NCBI GenBank assembly: GCA_963804995.1
Contig: CAWDSK010000001.1
Location: 384,001 to 448,000 of the forward strand
Length of the DNA stretch: 64,000 nucleotides
Reading direction: 5' to 3'
Source: an uncultured Acidobacteriota bacterium
GTDB lineage: Bacteria > Acidobacteriota > Terriglobia > UBA7540
Shown: in pieces, positions 1-11,981 of the stretch
How positions within the stretch are numbered: position 1 is the stretch's first letter
Layout: every line of letters starts with the position of its first letter
The notes under the pieces: generated by a model
The model's input: only the letters and a program-made list of their open reading frames with translations
Database searches by the model: none
What the model was told of the DNA's origin: nothing
Position numbers and translations under genes: made by a program

Positions 1-1367
1 TGCTCTTCCGAAACCCGCAAGCCGACCACCAGGTCGACAACTTTGAGGATCACGAGAGTACCTACAATGGCCAATACCCAGGCGATGATGATTCCCACAA
101 TCTGATTAAGCAGTTGTCCGGGGTTCCCATCGATCAGACCCACCAACGTCGCGACCCCTTGTGCGTCTTTGAAAACGGGATTGACCGCCTTCGCCGCAAA
201 GATGCCGGTCAGGAGCGCCCCCAGGGTGCCACCGGCGCCGTGCACCCCAAAGGCGTCGAGCGAATCGTCATAACCAAACTTGCTTTTCACTTTTGTAACC
301 ATCAAAAAGCAGCCCACACCCGCGATGGCGCCGATCGCAAGGGCGGACATCGGTCCCACAAAACCCGCCGCCGGCGTGATGGCTACAAGCCCTGCAACCG
401 CCCCGGAGATACCTCCCAAAACGCTGGCCTTGCCGTTGCGATACCACTCCGCTGCCGCCCAACTGAGCGCGGCTGCGGCCGCTCCGAAGTGGGTGGCCAC
501 GAAAGCGCTCGTAGCAAGGCTGCCGGCTGCCAGGGCGCTTCCGGCGTTAAAGCCGAACCACCCCACCCAAAGCAAGCAGGCTCCAATGAAACTTAATACC
601 ACGCTGTGCGGTGGCATCGGTTGCTTGGGGAAACCCACTCGTTTCCCCAGATAAAGCGCGCACACCAAGGCAGATACTCCGGAAGTGACGTGTACGACCG
701 TGCCTCCGGCAAAATCCAAAGTCGGGAACTTACCACCCAGGGAGGCATTCAGCAGGCCGCCTTTGCCCCACACCATGTGGGCCATGGGGTCGTAGACGAT
801 GACGGACCACAGGATCATGAAGAGCAACATGGCGCTGAACTTCATGCGTTCCGCAAAGGCTCCGGTAATCAACGCCGGAGTGATGATGGCAAACATAAGC
901 TGATACACCATGAAAGTCTGCTGGGGAATGGTGGCAGCGTATGCCGCATCGGGAGCCCCGCCCACGCCATGTAAGAACAGGTATCCAAAATTCCCAATGA
1001 TCCAATTGCCGTCATGAAAAGCCAGGCTATACCCAAACAACGCCCACAGGACGGTAATCAGCGCCATGAGAATGAAGCTCTGCATCATCGTGCCCAACAC
1101 GTTTTTCTTCCTCACCAGTCCGCCATAGAAAAGCGCCAACCCGGGGCCCGTCATCATCAGAACCAGCGCTGCGCAGACCAACATCCAGGCGTTATCGCCG
1201 GCACTCTGTGCGTCCGCTACCTGTCGCTCGAGTTTTGCCAAGCGGTCTTGGACTTGGGGTGAGGCAACTGTGGTGGTATTCGCAGGCGCCTGGGGAAAGG
1301 CGGCAGGGGCCATCACGCCCAAAAATACCACGATGCCCAGGACCAGCCTTAAGAGTCTCCGTCGCAT
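1..1367 (-). CDS. amtB: Ammonium transporter, 3' end runs off the window (absent from the ORF track)
   Basis: Minus strand from ATG at 1367 translates to ...DNAWMLVCAALVLMMTGPGLALFYGGLVRKKNVLGTMMQSF... and later DDSLDAFGVHGAGG, both Amt signatures. Confidence 0.93.
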   Translation of the reverse strand, partial: MRRRLLRLVLGIVVFLGVMAPAAFPQAPANTTTVASPQVQDRLAKLERQVADAQSAGDNAWMLVCAALVLMMTGPGLALFYGGLVRKKNVLGTMMQSFILMALITVLWALFGYSLAFHDGNWIIGNFGYLFLHGVGGAPDAAYAATIPQQTFMVYQLMFAIITPALITGAFAERMKFSAMLLFMILWSVIVYDPMAHMVWGKGGLLNASLGGKFPTLDFAGGTVVHVTSGVSALVCALYLGKRVGFPKQPMPPHSVVLSFIGACLLWVGWFGFNAGSALAAGSLATSAFVATHFGAAAAALSWAAAEWYRNGKASVLGGISGAVAGLVAITPAAGFVGPMSALAIGAIAGVGCFLMVTKVKSKFGYDDSLDAFGVHGAGGTLGALLTGIFAAKAVNPVFKDAQGVATLVGLIDGNPGQLLNQIVGIIIAWVLAIVGTLVILKVVDLVVGLRVSEE

Positions 1368-1545
1368 AGGTCTCGTCTCCACGGTAAGGGGGTTGCAAGT
1401 ATTCTGTGGGAATCAGAAACTCATTATAAGGAGACAACTCGGGTGGGCCAAATCAAATCATTTTATAATCCGGATAACGGTTCACCGGGATGCCCGGCAT
1501 TTGAATGGAGGCAAGGTCAATTAACAGGTCGCCGCGAGGAACCCT

Positions 1546-2556
1546 TCAAATAGGCGGATGGGAGCATTGCAGATCGGGGAATGAATCTTCAGAGTCATAA
1601 TTATCACTCTCCGGGAGGTGCTTGGAGGCCTCACGCTTGATCTCCTCAGAAGTTGCCAGCTCTACCCGGTTCCGCCCCCCCTGCTTGGCGCGATAAAGGG
1701 CCGCGTCTGCGACCCGGACCAGGGCTTCCGCACTTACGTCCTGGAGATTCCCCACCGCTGCCACACCCAGGCTGATGGTGATAGGAATCAGACCATCAGG
1801 GGTCTCCACCGCTTTGCGGTCGATGCGAACCCGGAAGCTTTCCGCGAACCGCGCCGCCCCTGCCGCGTCGCAGGCCGGAACCACTGCCATGAACTCATCC
1901 CCTCCGTAACGTCCCAGAGCGTCGTAAGTTCTCATGGCGCCGCGCATCTGGCGGGCCGCTTCCCGCAGGACGGCATCGCCCGCCGCGTGGCCATAAGTGT
2001 CATTGATGGCTTTGAATCGATCCACATCCACCATGGCAACGGCAAACGGGCTTTCGGTGCGTGAAGACCGCGCCACTTCCTTCCGCAAAATCCCTAGAAT
2101 GGTGCCGTGATTCCAAAGGTCGGTCAGCGGGTCTCGCCAAGCCTGGTCGCGCAACGCCTCCCGCGCCATGAGGAGCTGTTCCTGCAACTCCACGATGCGC
2201 CGGCCGGCTCGCAAGCGGGCTCGCAACTCAAACGGGTCGAAAGGCTTGGTGACATAATCATCGGCGCCTGCTTCCAGGCCCTGCACGATATCCGTCTTCT
2301 GGCCCCGAGCCGTTAGCAACAGGATGTAAATATACGGCCGACCCTTTCGTTGCCGCACACTTCGACAAAGCTCGATGCCATCCTTACCCGGCATCATCCA
2401 ATCCAAGATAGCCAGTCTGGGCGTGTCATTCCCTTGCAGAATCGCCCACGCTTCCTCCCCCTGGGTAGCTACGACAACCTCGAAGCCCCATTTCACGAGA
2501 AAAGCCTCTAACATGCGGCGTGATATGGAGTCATCCTCTGCGATGAGAACCTTCAT
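1546..2556 (-). CDS. Response regulator-diguanylate cyclase (REC-GGDEF)
   Basis: N-terminal REC (IAEDD, LDWMMP, KPF); RDPLT; RTYD I-site and RYGGDEF A-site. Confidence 0.93.
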   Translation of the reverse strand: MKVLIAEDDSISRRMLEAFLVKWGFEVVVATQGEEAWAILQGNDTPRLAILDWMMPGKDGIELCRSVRQRKGRPYIYILLLTARGQKTDIVQGLEAGADDYVTKPFDPFELRARLRAGRRIVELQEQLLMAREALRDQAWRDPLTDLWNHGTILGILRKEVARSSRTESPFAVAMVDVDRFKAINDTYGHAAGDAVLREAARQMRGAMRTYDALGRYGGDEFMAVVPACDAAGAARFAESFRVRIDRKAVETPDGLIPITISLGVAAVGNLQDVSAEALVRVADAALYRAKQGGRNRVELATSEEIKREASKHLPESDNYDSEDSFPDLQCSHPPI

Positions 2557-5500
2557 GATGCGACCTCTTTGCCGAGATTGGATAGCGCCGGTTGCAGGCG
2601 CTCCAGTTCCTCTTCCAGCCGTGCCAGGGCCTCACCCGTGTGCTCGAGTCCCTGGGTGCGGCCCACCACTTCCGCTGTCTGTGCAGCCTCGAAGGCCGCC
2701 CCAGCCGAGAGGAGGGCTAGATTGTTCTTCAATACCTGAGCGGCGAGTTCAAAAGCCACAGTGTCCTGGCGCACTGCGGCCTCTTCAAGCCGCTGCTACC
2801 AACTTGGGGTAGTCGTTGAGGAAAACACTGATCAAACTCCCAAGTAACTGTTTATCCCCTTCGAATCGTGCCAGCGCTTGCTGGCGGTCAAGCACGTTGT
2901 CTGGGGTTGTGCTGGGGGGGTCACCCGCGACAGTTCCGGAAGGAATTTGCAAGAGATCTTCGATAGTTTTAAAAAGGTCTTGTGCCCGGATCGGCTTGGA
3001 AAGGTAGCCATCCATTCCAAGCGCCAGGAACCGCTCGCGATCGCCCACCATGGCGTGGGCGGTTAAGGCCACAATCGGAATTCGGGAGCCGCTCCCATCC
3101 TCCTTTGCCCGAATGCGGGTGACGCACTCCGCCCCATCCATCTCCGGCATCTGTACGTCCATCAGGATCAGGTCAAAACGAGCGACGCTCGATCTCTCCA
3201 GGGCCTTGAGCGCCTGCTTCCCGTTGGCCACCACCTCCACGCTGTGTCCACGTTTTTCCAGGAGGCGCATCACCAGCGCTTGGTTGACGGGATTGTCTTC
3301 CGCCAGCAAAATGTGCAGCCTGCGCCGCGCTTCCCGAACAGAGTGCCGCGTAACGAGGGGTTGAGGTGAGGCTCCCGACGGTGTCCCGATGGCCAGCAGA
3401 ATCGCGTCCAATAGTTCGGATTGCTTTACGGGCTTCAGCAGGTACGCGGCGATCCCCATCTGGCGGCAGCGGGCTGCGTCGCCGGGCCGCCCTCCCGAAG
3501 TCAGCATCAGGATCACAGTCCCGGCAAGGTCCGGGTCGCGCTTGATATGGTCAGCCACGGCGAAACCGTCCAGATCTTGCATCTGTGAATCGAGCAGGAT
3601 CAACGCGAACGGGTGCGCGACTTTCTTACTCTGCTGCAGAAGGGATAGAGCGCGCTCGCCACAGTCCGCCTCCGTGGGAAGCATTTTCCAGCGTTTGAGC
3701 ACTTCCACCAGAATGTGGCGGTTGGTCTGGTTGTCATCGACAACCAAGGCCGAAAGGTTCCTGAGGCAGGCGAATTCCGCCAGTTGCGCAGCCCCTCCGC
3801 TTTGTCCCAACCCGAATCGCGCTGTGAAATAGAAGGCGCTGCCTTGGCCGGGAACACTCTCAACCCAAATTCTTCCTCCCATCAGGCCCACGAATTCTGC
3901 GGTAATGGTCAAGCCCAGCCCCGTGCCGCCATACCGGCGAGTCGTGGAAGCGTCTGCCTGCTGGAAGGCTTCGAAAATCATCTCTTGTTTCTCGGGAGGA
4001 ATTCCGATTCCGGTGTCGCGCACGCTGAATCGCAGCACGGCTTGCTCATGGCTCAGGGACTCGACGTTAACCCGGACGACTATCTCGCCAATTTCCGTAA
4101 ACTTGATAGCGTTTCCCACCAGATTGAGAATGATCTGGCGCAGCCGGCCGGGATCTCCAATTAAGTATTCAGGCACCTCAGGCGCCAAACGGCAAGCAAG
4201 CTCCACCCTCTTCTGATTGGCCCGCACGGCGAGCGATTTCAACGTATCCCCCAGGGCTTCGGGCAGCTTGAATTCGATTGCGTCCAGAGCGATCTTCCTG
4301 GCCTCGACCTTCGAGAAATCCAGGATGTCGTTGACCAGGACAAGCAACGAGTCCGTGGAGGATTTCAGCATCGTTCCGTATTCCGACTGCTCCGCGGAAA
4401 GGGGCGTGTCGAGCAGTAACTCCGTCATACCCAGAATGCCGTTCAGGGGGGTTCGGATTTCGTGGCTCATGTTGGCCAGAAATTCACTCTTGGCCTGGTT
4501 CGCGACCTCAGCGGCTTCCTTGGCCTTCCGAAGTTCTGCTTCTACCCGCTTGCGGTCAGAGATGTCACGGACGAGGCCGATGACACCAATGATGTGATTG
4601 TCATGACTATAGTGCGGACTGTAAATCGCAGATGTCCACCCGGACTTGCCCGTCTGCTCCACATAGTAGTACACGTCGGGAGTCTGGACCGTTTCACCGG
4701 CTAGCGCCCGTTCCAGGAGGACGTCCACCTTTTGCTTGCGCAAATGCGGGAAGATCTCCAAGCCGTTTTTGCCCAGGACCTGAGGAGCCAGCAAGCCTGT
4801 CAAATCCTCCATAAAGGGGTTCCACACCTGGTAGCAGAAATTCCGGTCATAAACGATGACACCCTCGCGAGCGCCGGCAATGACCTCCCGGTTGAACTGC
4901 TCGCTCTGGCGCACGGCCTCCTCCGCCCGTTTGCGCTCAGTGACGTTGTCGAAGATCGCGACGACGTTGCCCGAGGGCAGTTTAAAGACGTAATTCTCAA
5001 CCCAAATGGTTACGCGCTCATCCTGGTACAGGCTGGTGGGATGACGTTCAGGCGCTCCCGTCTGCCAAACCCGGTGAAAAACCTCCAGAAGGCCTAGCCG
5101 TGCGATGTCCGGAAAGACAACCGAAACTCAACGGCCCAGGGCTTCGGCCCGCGCCAACTTGGTGGCCCGTTCTGCCGCCGGATTGAACTCTTTGATAACA
5201 AAATCCGAGCCCGCGTCCACCGCTTCGTAAATCGCCACGCCGCTACTCATATTGCTGAACATCTGGCGGAACCGCTCTTCACTGGCTTGCAGTGCCTTCT
5301 CGCCTTGCTTCTTATCCGTGATGTCCTCAATCGCCACCACAGCGTGTTTGCGTCCATGGAGAAGGACCGGCTCAGCGCTCACTTGCAGCCAGCGTCGTTC
5401 CTCCCGCCCGCCGATTAACAGGGTCGGGTGAACTTCTACACCCTGTACCCGAGCGCCCAAAGACAGGACTTGGGTGATGCTCTGGCGCAGCGGGCACGAC

Positions 5501-7389
5501 GGGCAGGCTTGGGTGTAACCGCACCCATTGGGGTGTTCGTGGCTGTGAATGCAGCCCAACCCGGCGCCGGCCCTCTGGTGGATTATTTCCGCAGGGTTGC
5601 GCCTAACCATCTGCGCGGCGACGGAGTTTGCCTCCACAATCACCGTCTCCTCATCAATAAGCAGCATCCCGACTGGCGCGGAGGCGAATACTGCCGTGAG
5701 ATTATCCCTTTCGGTTTGCAGTACCGCTTCGGCCCGCTTGCGTTCGGTGATGTCGTTGATCACGGCAAAGTGGGCAATGACCTCACCCTGGGCGTCGAAG
5801 GCCGGAGCCACGGAAAGCTGAATGTCAATCCAGGAACCATCTTGCCGCTGGCGGCGCGATTCCACATTCGTGACGGGCTCGCCCCGGCTGGCTCGCGCTA
5901 CAATGGATTTTAGATTTTCCCTTTCCTCCGGCGGGACAAAGGGAAGCGGCCCGCCCAGGACTTCCTCCGCGGTCCAGCCGAACAATCTTTCTGCGGCAGG
6001 ATTCCACATGCGCACCAGGCCGGCATCATCCAGTGAAATGATGGCCGCTGGGGAAGCCTCAACCACGGCCTTGACCGCCTCATTAGCCTTGCGCAGGGTC
6101 TCATCGGCCTGCCGGCGGAGTAGCGAGGCGCCGAGCGTCTTCGCCGCCGCGCGCAACGCCTCGGTTTCCGCCACTGACCACGCCCGTGCACTCTGGCAAT
6201 CGTCGAAACCGATGAAGCCCCACCACGACTTACCCACAAAAATGGGCACTACGATGAGGGATTGAATGCCCTCCCTCGCCAGAAGGCGGCGGGCCGCTTC
6301 CGGAAGATCTTTGATCCCTCCTTGACTAACCTTCCCTTGTCGGATCTCCTCGCACCAAGTCTCTGCCTGGCTCCCTTTCCAGGAGAAATTCTGTAGTTCT
6401 GGATTGTGGGCATGTGGGGTGATGCCAGGCGCTGCCCATTCGCAACGCTGGCTACTCAGCAGACCCCCATCCGGGCCGAGGTGGTTCTCAAGGATATAGG
6501 CCCGGCTCACTTTCAGGGTTTTTCCCAAGCGCTCCAAGACGACTTGGAGGCTTTCTTCCCAGCCATCCCCCGAGAGGAGTTTTTCGGCAGCAAAGCTGAC
6601 TGCTTCCAGAATGGCGTCCCTGCGGCGGAGGGCTTCGGCAGCCTCCACCTGTTCCGTGACATCGCGATGGAGACTTAGAATCGCAGCTTCCCCCGCATAC
6701 TCGATGACCGAAGCGCTAATCAAAAGCGAGATGGGGCGACCGTCCTTTCGGTAATGGACCGTGGCGAAATTCGTGCAGGTCCCGTTCTCTAAAACCTTAT
6801 GGATCTCCTCTTCCCCGCGCGGAACATCCTTCGTGAAACTCTTCTGGCTGGCGCCCACCAGCTCGTAGTAGTCCCGTCCGTAGAGCTCGCACGCCTTGCG
6901 GTTGGCATCCAGGACGATTTCACTCTCCGGCTCAAAGATCAGAATGGCGTCATTTACACCTTCGAAGAGCTCCCGATACTGCTTGGCGAGAGACGCCTCG
7001 CGATGGGGCCACTGGCGTATGATGCTGGTCTGCGGTTCTGCCACCCTTCGTTGCCAGACCACCCCCACCAGCAGGGCAAACAATCCCAAACCTAAAGCTG
7101 GTAGGAGTAGCAGGGCAGGTGCGCGGGAAAAGTAATTGGGGGCCACCCCCTGAGGCTGTAGGGCTGCCGCGGCGACCGTCCCGGCTGATTCGCCCGTCCC
7201 AGGGGCCAGGGCAGCCTTCCCCCTTTCGGGAGAGCAGGTCAAAGCGTGCGGGGTTTCAGGTTCCCAGGAGGACGGTAAATTTCGAGCCGTACAGACGCCG
7301 AGCCGCCCCGCGAGGAGCAGGAGCATGAGGCCGGAATGAAGGGGTAGACCCCATCGCACCAAGGCATGTGCTGGTTGAGGTGTTTTCAC
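2553..7389 (-). pseudogene. Large multi-PAS/GAF hybrid histidine kinase (PAS/GAF-HisKA-HATPase-REC-REC-Hpt) interrupted by an in-frame TGA at 5128-5130 and a one-base frameshift near 2790
   Basis: ORFs 5128..7461 and 2785..4914 share a frame and read through as ...ALGR*VSVVFPDIARLG...; FLANMSHEIRTP H-box, YGGTGLGL, two REC domains; the Hpt tail continues in the frame of 2553..2774; GTG at 7389 overlaps the upstream stop and the Hpt stop overlaps the GGDEF ATG. Confidence 0.85.
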
Positions 7390-8012
7390 GGCGTCTTCCC
7401 GGTATTGACTTGCAACCGATCGAGTTCCGGTTGGACATAGCGGACGTAGCACTCCGGGCAAATCCCGTGACTGAACTGCGCCCCCGAATGCTCGCTGATG
7501 TACCCTTCCACCTGCTGCCAGTAATTCCGATCATTACGGATTTTCTTGCAGTAGGAACAAATCGGCAGCAACCCTTGCAGTTGTTGGACGCGCGAGAGGG
7601 CTTCTTCCAATTCCCGGACACGCTGAGCAAGGGCCCCTTGCAATTCCAGGACGCGCAAGCCCACCTGGACGCGCGCGCGCAATTCCTCGCGATCAAACGG
7701 TTTGGTAATGTAATCATCCGCCCCGGACTGCAAGCCATGGATCTTGTCCTCCAGGCCGCTCCGTGCCGTCAGCAGGATGACGTAAATGGGGCGTGTCCCG
7801 GGACCTTTGCGGATCTGGCGGCAGATCTCAATCCCATCCATGCCCGGCATGAGCCAATCCAGAATCGCCACTTGCGGCGCCTCTTCACCCTGTAGGACCT
7901 CCCAGGCGCGCGTGCCGTCTTCGACCGCGATAACCTCATACCCCCACCGGCGCAGGCTGACCTCAAGGATGTGCCGGGAAACCATTTCGTCTTCTGCGAC
8001 CAAAATCCTCAT
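7386..8012 (-). CDS. Response regulator with C-terminal Cys-rich domain
   Basis: REC motifs (VAEDE, LDWLMP, KPF); tail LPICSYCKKIR...FSHGICPEC. Confidence 0.9.
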   Translation of the reverse strand: MRILVAEDEMVSRHILEVSLRRWGYEVIAVEDGTRAWEVLQGEEAPQVAILDWLMPGMDGIEICRQIRKGPGTRPIYVILLTARSGLEDKIHGLQSGADDYITKPFDREELRARVQVGLRVLELQGALAQRVRELEEALSRVQQLQGLLPICSYCKKIRNDRNYWQQVEGYISEHSGAQFSHGICPECYVRYVQPELDRLQVNTGKTP

Positions 8013-8081
8013 AGAGGAAATCCTTCGTTACGATTCCGGCCCGAGCGCCAAGTTCGGTTAACGGCGCTTGAGAGGGCCCGT

Positions 8082-10244
8082 TTACTTGGCATCCGATCGA
8101 CCCGAAACAACCTTTCGCAGCATCACGGAAAGCCCCTCCAGCGTGTAAGGCTTCCCCAGGAAATCGGCTTCCTGCGCGTCCTGGGCATCGCGGAGAATTT
8201 CGCCGGTGCTGTAGCCAGAGGCGAAAATGACCTGTACCTGGGGATTGATCTTCCGCATACGACGGAATGTTTCCAGGCCGCCTATTTCCGGCATGATGAG
8301 GTCCAACAGAACACAGTCGATTTCCCGGCTATGCCCCGCGTAGATCTCCAGTGCCTGGTGCCCGCTTTCCGCCACCCAGACCTTGTAGCCCAACCCTTTC
8401 AATCCCGCTTCGGCAAAGGCGCGCACCAAGGGTTCGTCATCCACCACCAGCACGGTTCCTGTCCCCAATTGGATCCTTCCCGAGCCTCCTGCGTCCATGC
8501 GGAGCGCCGGGGCGGCAATCAACGGAAGGTAAAGGGTGAAACGCGCCCCCTGACCCACTGCACTCTCAACCCGCACGAACCCCTCGTGGTTTTTGACGAA
8601 TCCGTAAACCATGGCGAGCCCCAGGCCCGTGCCCTGGCCGGGCGCTTTGGTGGAGAAAAACGGATCAAAAATCCTCGGCAGGGCTTCGGGCGTGATTCCC
8701 ACCCCAGTGTCCTGGACGGCAATACTGGCGTACCGCCCGGGAGCGCCATGCGCCGGCAACTCCGGCCGCCCGGCATCGAGGTCAAGGGCAGTGGCCTGTA
8801 ACGTCAGCGCGCCTCCCTGCGGCATGGCATCGCGCGCATTGATGCACAGATTGAGTAGAGCCTGCTCAAGATAGCTGGGCTCCGCATTGACCCAGAGAGG
8901 GTCACCCTCAGCGAGAACTGACACATTAATGCTGCGATCGAACGTCCGGGCTACCATACGGCGCACGCGGTCCAGCACTTCCCCGACGCACACGGCTTTC
9001 ACCTGTTGCCGCTCGGGGCGGGCAAATCCCAGGAGTTGGCGCGTAAGGTCGGCGGCGCGCTGGGCGGATTGCTCAATCATCCGCATGGATTCTTGCAAGG
9101 GGTCGTCCGCGCCCAGTCTTTGGCGGGCCAAAGAGGCGAAGCCCAGCATGACACTCAGCAGGTTGTTGAAGTCATGGGCAATGCCGCCCGCCAGCGTCCC
9201 CAAGGCTTCCATTTTTTGGGCCTGGAAAAGCTGCTGCTGCAGGCGCTCTCTCTCTTCTTCCGCTTTCTTCCGCTCGCCCACGTCCTGGATCATCCCCAGG
9301 AAAGACGCTGGCCGGCCCGCCGAGTCTTGCACCAGGGAAACGGTCAGGGAACACCAGACGGCTTCGCCAGACTTCCGTAAGTAACGTTTTTCCAGCGTGG
9401 GTTGCGAGGCTTGACCCTCCAAGACCCTCTGCACGTAATCCCGGCTCGCGGCCGTATCCTGCGGATGAGTAATCTCCTCGAAATGTTTTCCCTGGAGTTC
9501 CCCGCGCGTGTAGCCGAGTAAAGAAGCGAACGCGGGGTTCACCGTGAGAAACCGCCCGTCCAGCCCCGCGAGCGCCACCCCGAAACGTCCCTGTTCGAAG
9601 ATGGACCGGAAACGCTCTTCCGAAATCTGAATCTGTCGATAGAGCTCGCTTCGCTCCAGGGCGATGGCGGCCTGGGTGGCGACCTGTTCGATCAGCTTGC
9701 GGGTTACGGCTCGGATGCCGTCCGGTTGTTGGCCGGCAATGTCCAGAACGCCCAGGAGGCTGGACCTGGTCTGCAAAGGAACGGCATACTCACACCGGAC
9801 CTCGGAGATGAAATCCCGGCAACGAGGGTCCTTTTCGACCTGCGGGACGTAGACAGCTTCTTTCTGCTTTATAGCCCACGAGACCAGGGCCCGTTCCTTG
9901 AGGGAAATGACTTGCTGGGTTAACTCCCGCTTCCCACCGCATGCCACGCATTGCAGTTCCCCTGCCGCCGGCTCCAGCCGATAAATCCGCGCGTAGCTGA
10001 GCCGCTCCCTCTCGACCAAGCGCGTGAGGATCGGCCCCAGAACCGACTCGGCATCCAGCGTGCCCGCCAGCGCCGAGTTGATCTCCACCAACAAAGAAAG
10101 CTGATGGGTTCGGGCCTCGGCCCCATCCAGGGGGCCGTGCACATCCAGCGTGGGCGCGAATACACCTTCGCTCACCCCCAGGGGTGGCACGTGTTCATGA
10201 GGAGATCGAACCAACGGACTATCGCGGGGGGTAGTTATACCCAT
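8082..10244 (-). CDS. Hybrid sensor kinase GAF-PAS-HisKA-HATPase-REC
   Basis: [12 protein letters not shown]-box, [11 protein letters not shown]-box, GTGLGL G2 box, C-terminal REC; start codon uncertain. Confidence 0.92.
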   Translation of the reverse strand: MGITTPRDSPLVRSPHEHVPPLGVSEGVFAPTLDVHGPLDGAEARTHQLSLLVEINSALAGTLDAESVLGPILTRLVERERLSYARIYRLEPAAGELQCVACGGKRELTQQVISLKERALVSWAIKQKEAVYVPQVEKDPRCRDFISEVRCEYAVPLQTRSSLLGVLDIAGQQPDGIRAVTRKLIEQVATQAAIALERSELYRQIQISEERFRSIFEQGRFGVALAGLDGRFLTVNPAFASLLGYTRGELQGKHFEEITHPQDTAASRDYVQRVLEGQASQPTLEKRYLRKSGEAVWCSLTVSLVQDSAGRPASFLGMIQDVGERKKAEEERERLQQQLFQAQKMEALGTLAGGIAHDFNNLLSVMLGFASLARQRLGADDPLQESMRMIEQSAQRAADLTRQLLGFARPERQQVKAVCVGEVLDRVRRMVARTFDRSINVSVLAEGDPLWVNAEPSYLEQALLNLCINARDAMPQGGALTLQATALDLDAGRPELPAHGAPGRYASIAVQDTGVGITPEALPRIFDPFFSTKAPGQGTGLGLAMVYGFVKNHEGFVRVESAVGQGARFTLYLPLIAAPALRMDAGGSGRIQLGTGTVLVVDDEPLVRAFAEAGLKGLGYKVWVAESGHQALEIYAGHSREIDCVLLDLIMPEIGGLETFRRMRKINPQVQVIFASGYSTGEILRDAQDAQEADFLGKPYTLEGLSVMLRKVVSGRSDAK

Positions 10245-11089
10245 CCTTTTCCTTGCGAGCTTGGCGCTTCTGCCGTAGCCTTAGCCGGGAATCTCTTGCC
10301 CGGCGACGCGTTTGTCTTCGCATGAACAAAAGGCCCGCGCCATGCCTTCCCTGGCCTTCATCTCAGTATTGAGAAACCCGGGTGGTCCCCATTCCTGCGC
10401 ATGCCTTTTTCCTCCATTCGAGTTCGTGCACGCTCAAACAGGACGGTTCAAACGGCCTGCCTGCCAATGACAACTCGACCCACCCGTGCACACAGATACC
10501 CTCCACTTATTCTTCGGCAGGAACTAGTTAGGACTTGAATGAGTTATGTAGGTTAGGGAATCCTTAGATTCAAACGCCCCATCAGTAAATGAATCAATTG
10601 TCCGAGTATTTGATGGCTGGATTGCGGGTACTCGTAGCGCCGACCGGAACCTGTCCCGATCTGCTCGGGAGGTAGGCATGTGCTTGTGGCGCCGACCTTG
10701 AGGTCGGCATGTGTCCCGACAGGTCGGGACGCTACAAAAGCGACCCTGACAATCATACGCAGCGCGATTTGAGACGCACTGCACTGCCAGGATTTAAGCA
10801 ACTACGTCGTAAGATTTTCAGATTCGATCTTGTACTGACCCCACGCGCCTTCGCCCCTCCGCACCTGCGGCAACCTCAAATCGAATCTGCTTGGTGAAGA
10901 ATCTCTGCGGGACTTTGATTCCACCCGCCACAATATCAATACTAAGAAGTCAAAGGGCCGGGCTACTGAATATCCAGGAGGTCATACCTGCCCTTCTGAG
11001 GAGATCCTTCCTGCGGAAACACCGGCCTTCCCCCTGTGCTTGACTCAACACGGATGCCACTCGAAACCGTGAGCGGGGTTGCTGCCTCC

Positions 11090-11533
11090 TTACGCTGCCT
11101 GGAGCTGCGCCGTGCAGTGGGGACAGCGGGTGGCTTGAAGCGCGATCCCGCCCGACACGCAATAAGGACATTCCTTGGTGGGCGGCGCGGCGGGAGCCGG
11201 CTGCGGCTGCATCATCCGGTTCACCTGCTTTACCAGCAGGAAGACCACGAAGGCCACAATCACAAAATCGATGATCGTGTTGAGGAAGGCGCCGTAACCG
11301 ATCACGGCTGCTCCCGCCTTTTTGGCATCTGCCAGCGAGTCGTAGTGCGTTCCCGACAGGTTAATGAAGAGGTTCGAGAAATCCACGTGCCCCAGGACCA
11401 GCCCGATGGGCGGCATGATGATGTCATTCACCACGGAGCTGACGATCCTCCCGAAGGAGGCCCCGATGATGATGCCGACCGCCATATCGATCACGTTGCC
11501 GCGCATCGCGAACTCTTTGAATTCCTTCAGCAT
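11090..11533 (-). CDS. mscL: Large-conductance mechanosensitive channel
   Basis: [24 protein letters not shown] signature; C-terminal CPYC...CPHC tail; GGAG RBS upstream. Confidence 0.96.
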   Translation of the reverse strand: MLKEFKEFAMRGNVIDMAVGIIIGASFGRIVSSVVNDIIMPPIGLVLGHVDFSNLFINLSGTHYDSLADAKKAGAAVIGYGAFLNTIIDFVIVAFVVFLLVKQVNRMMQPQPAPAAPPTKECPYCVSGGIALQATRCPHCTAQLQAA

Positions 11534-11596
11534 GTTCTCCTCCTTGTGGTTATGGCTAAGATTGGTTCGATCGCCCTGGCCGGTATTCCCCTGGCC

Positions 11597-11770
11597 TCAT
11601 TTCGCGGCGTTACCGAAAGTCAGCCGCAGGCCCGTGGAGAGCAACAGGTCATTCGTCTTCTTCCCCGGCGGCGGGTCGCTGAGGTAATAATCGTTGAAAG
11701 AGGTCTGCCAACTCAATACCTTCGTGAGCCTGGTAACCAGGCCCGGGCTGAAAGTGACCCCTTCCGGTTG
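11597..11770 (-). pseudogene. C-terminal remnant of an outer-membrane beta-barrel (DUF481-like)
   Basis: LSWQTSFNDYYLSDPPPGKKTNDLLLSTGLRLTFG resembles final barrel strands; no plausible N-terminal part upstream. Confidence 0.5.
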
Positions 11771-11981
11771 CGCTAGGCACGCGACCGATTTACCTGGGAA
11801 ACACCTTAGACCTTGACGCTCCAAGGATCCCGGCTACGGGAGTTTGTTGAGGGGCCGCTTCATGGCGAGGCACAGTCCGCCCATGCTGGCACACGGGTAG
11901 CGGCGCACCGAGCATAGGAAGCACCTCGACGAGAGGTTCTCACCGGGGCCGCTTGCGCAGCCCCGGCGATGCAGGTGCAGG

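Noticed and set aside
114..1524. Plus-strand ORFs over amtB, and similar long antisense ORFs such as 34303..35199, 37087..38013 and 40220..41377
   Set aside because: Shadow frames of well-supported genes in GC-rich DNA, with no motifs
1368..1545. Sigma-54 promoter for amtB
   Set aside because: No GG-N10-GC with correct spacing found by eye
5128..5130. Selenocysteine or alternative genetic code at the in-frame TGA
   Set aside because: Not a redox Cys-type position, TGA is a normal stop in many genes here, and the same gene also has a frameshift
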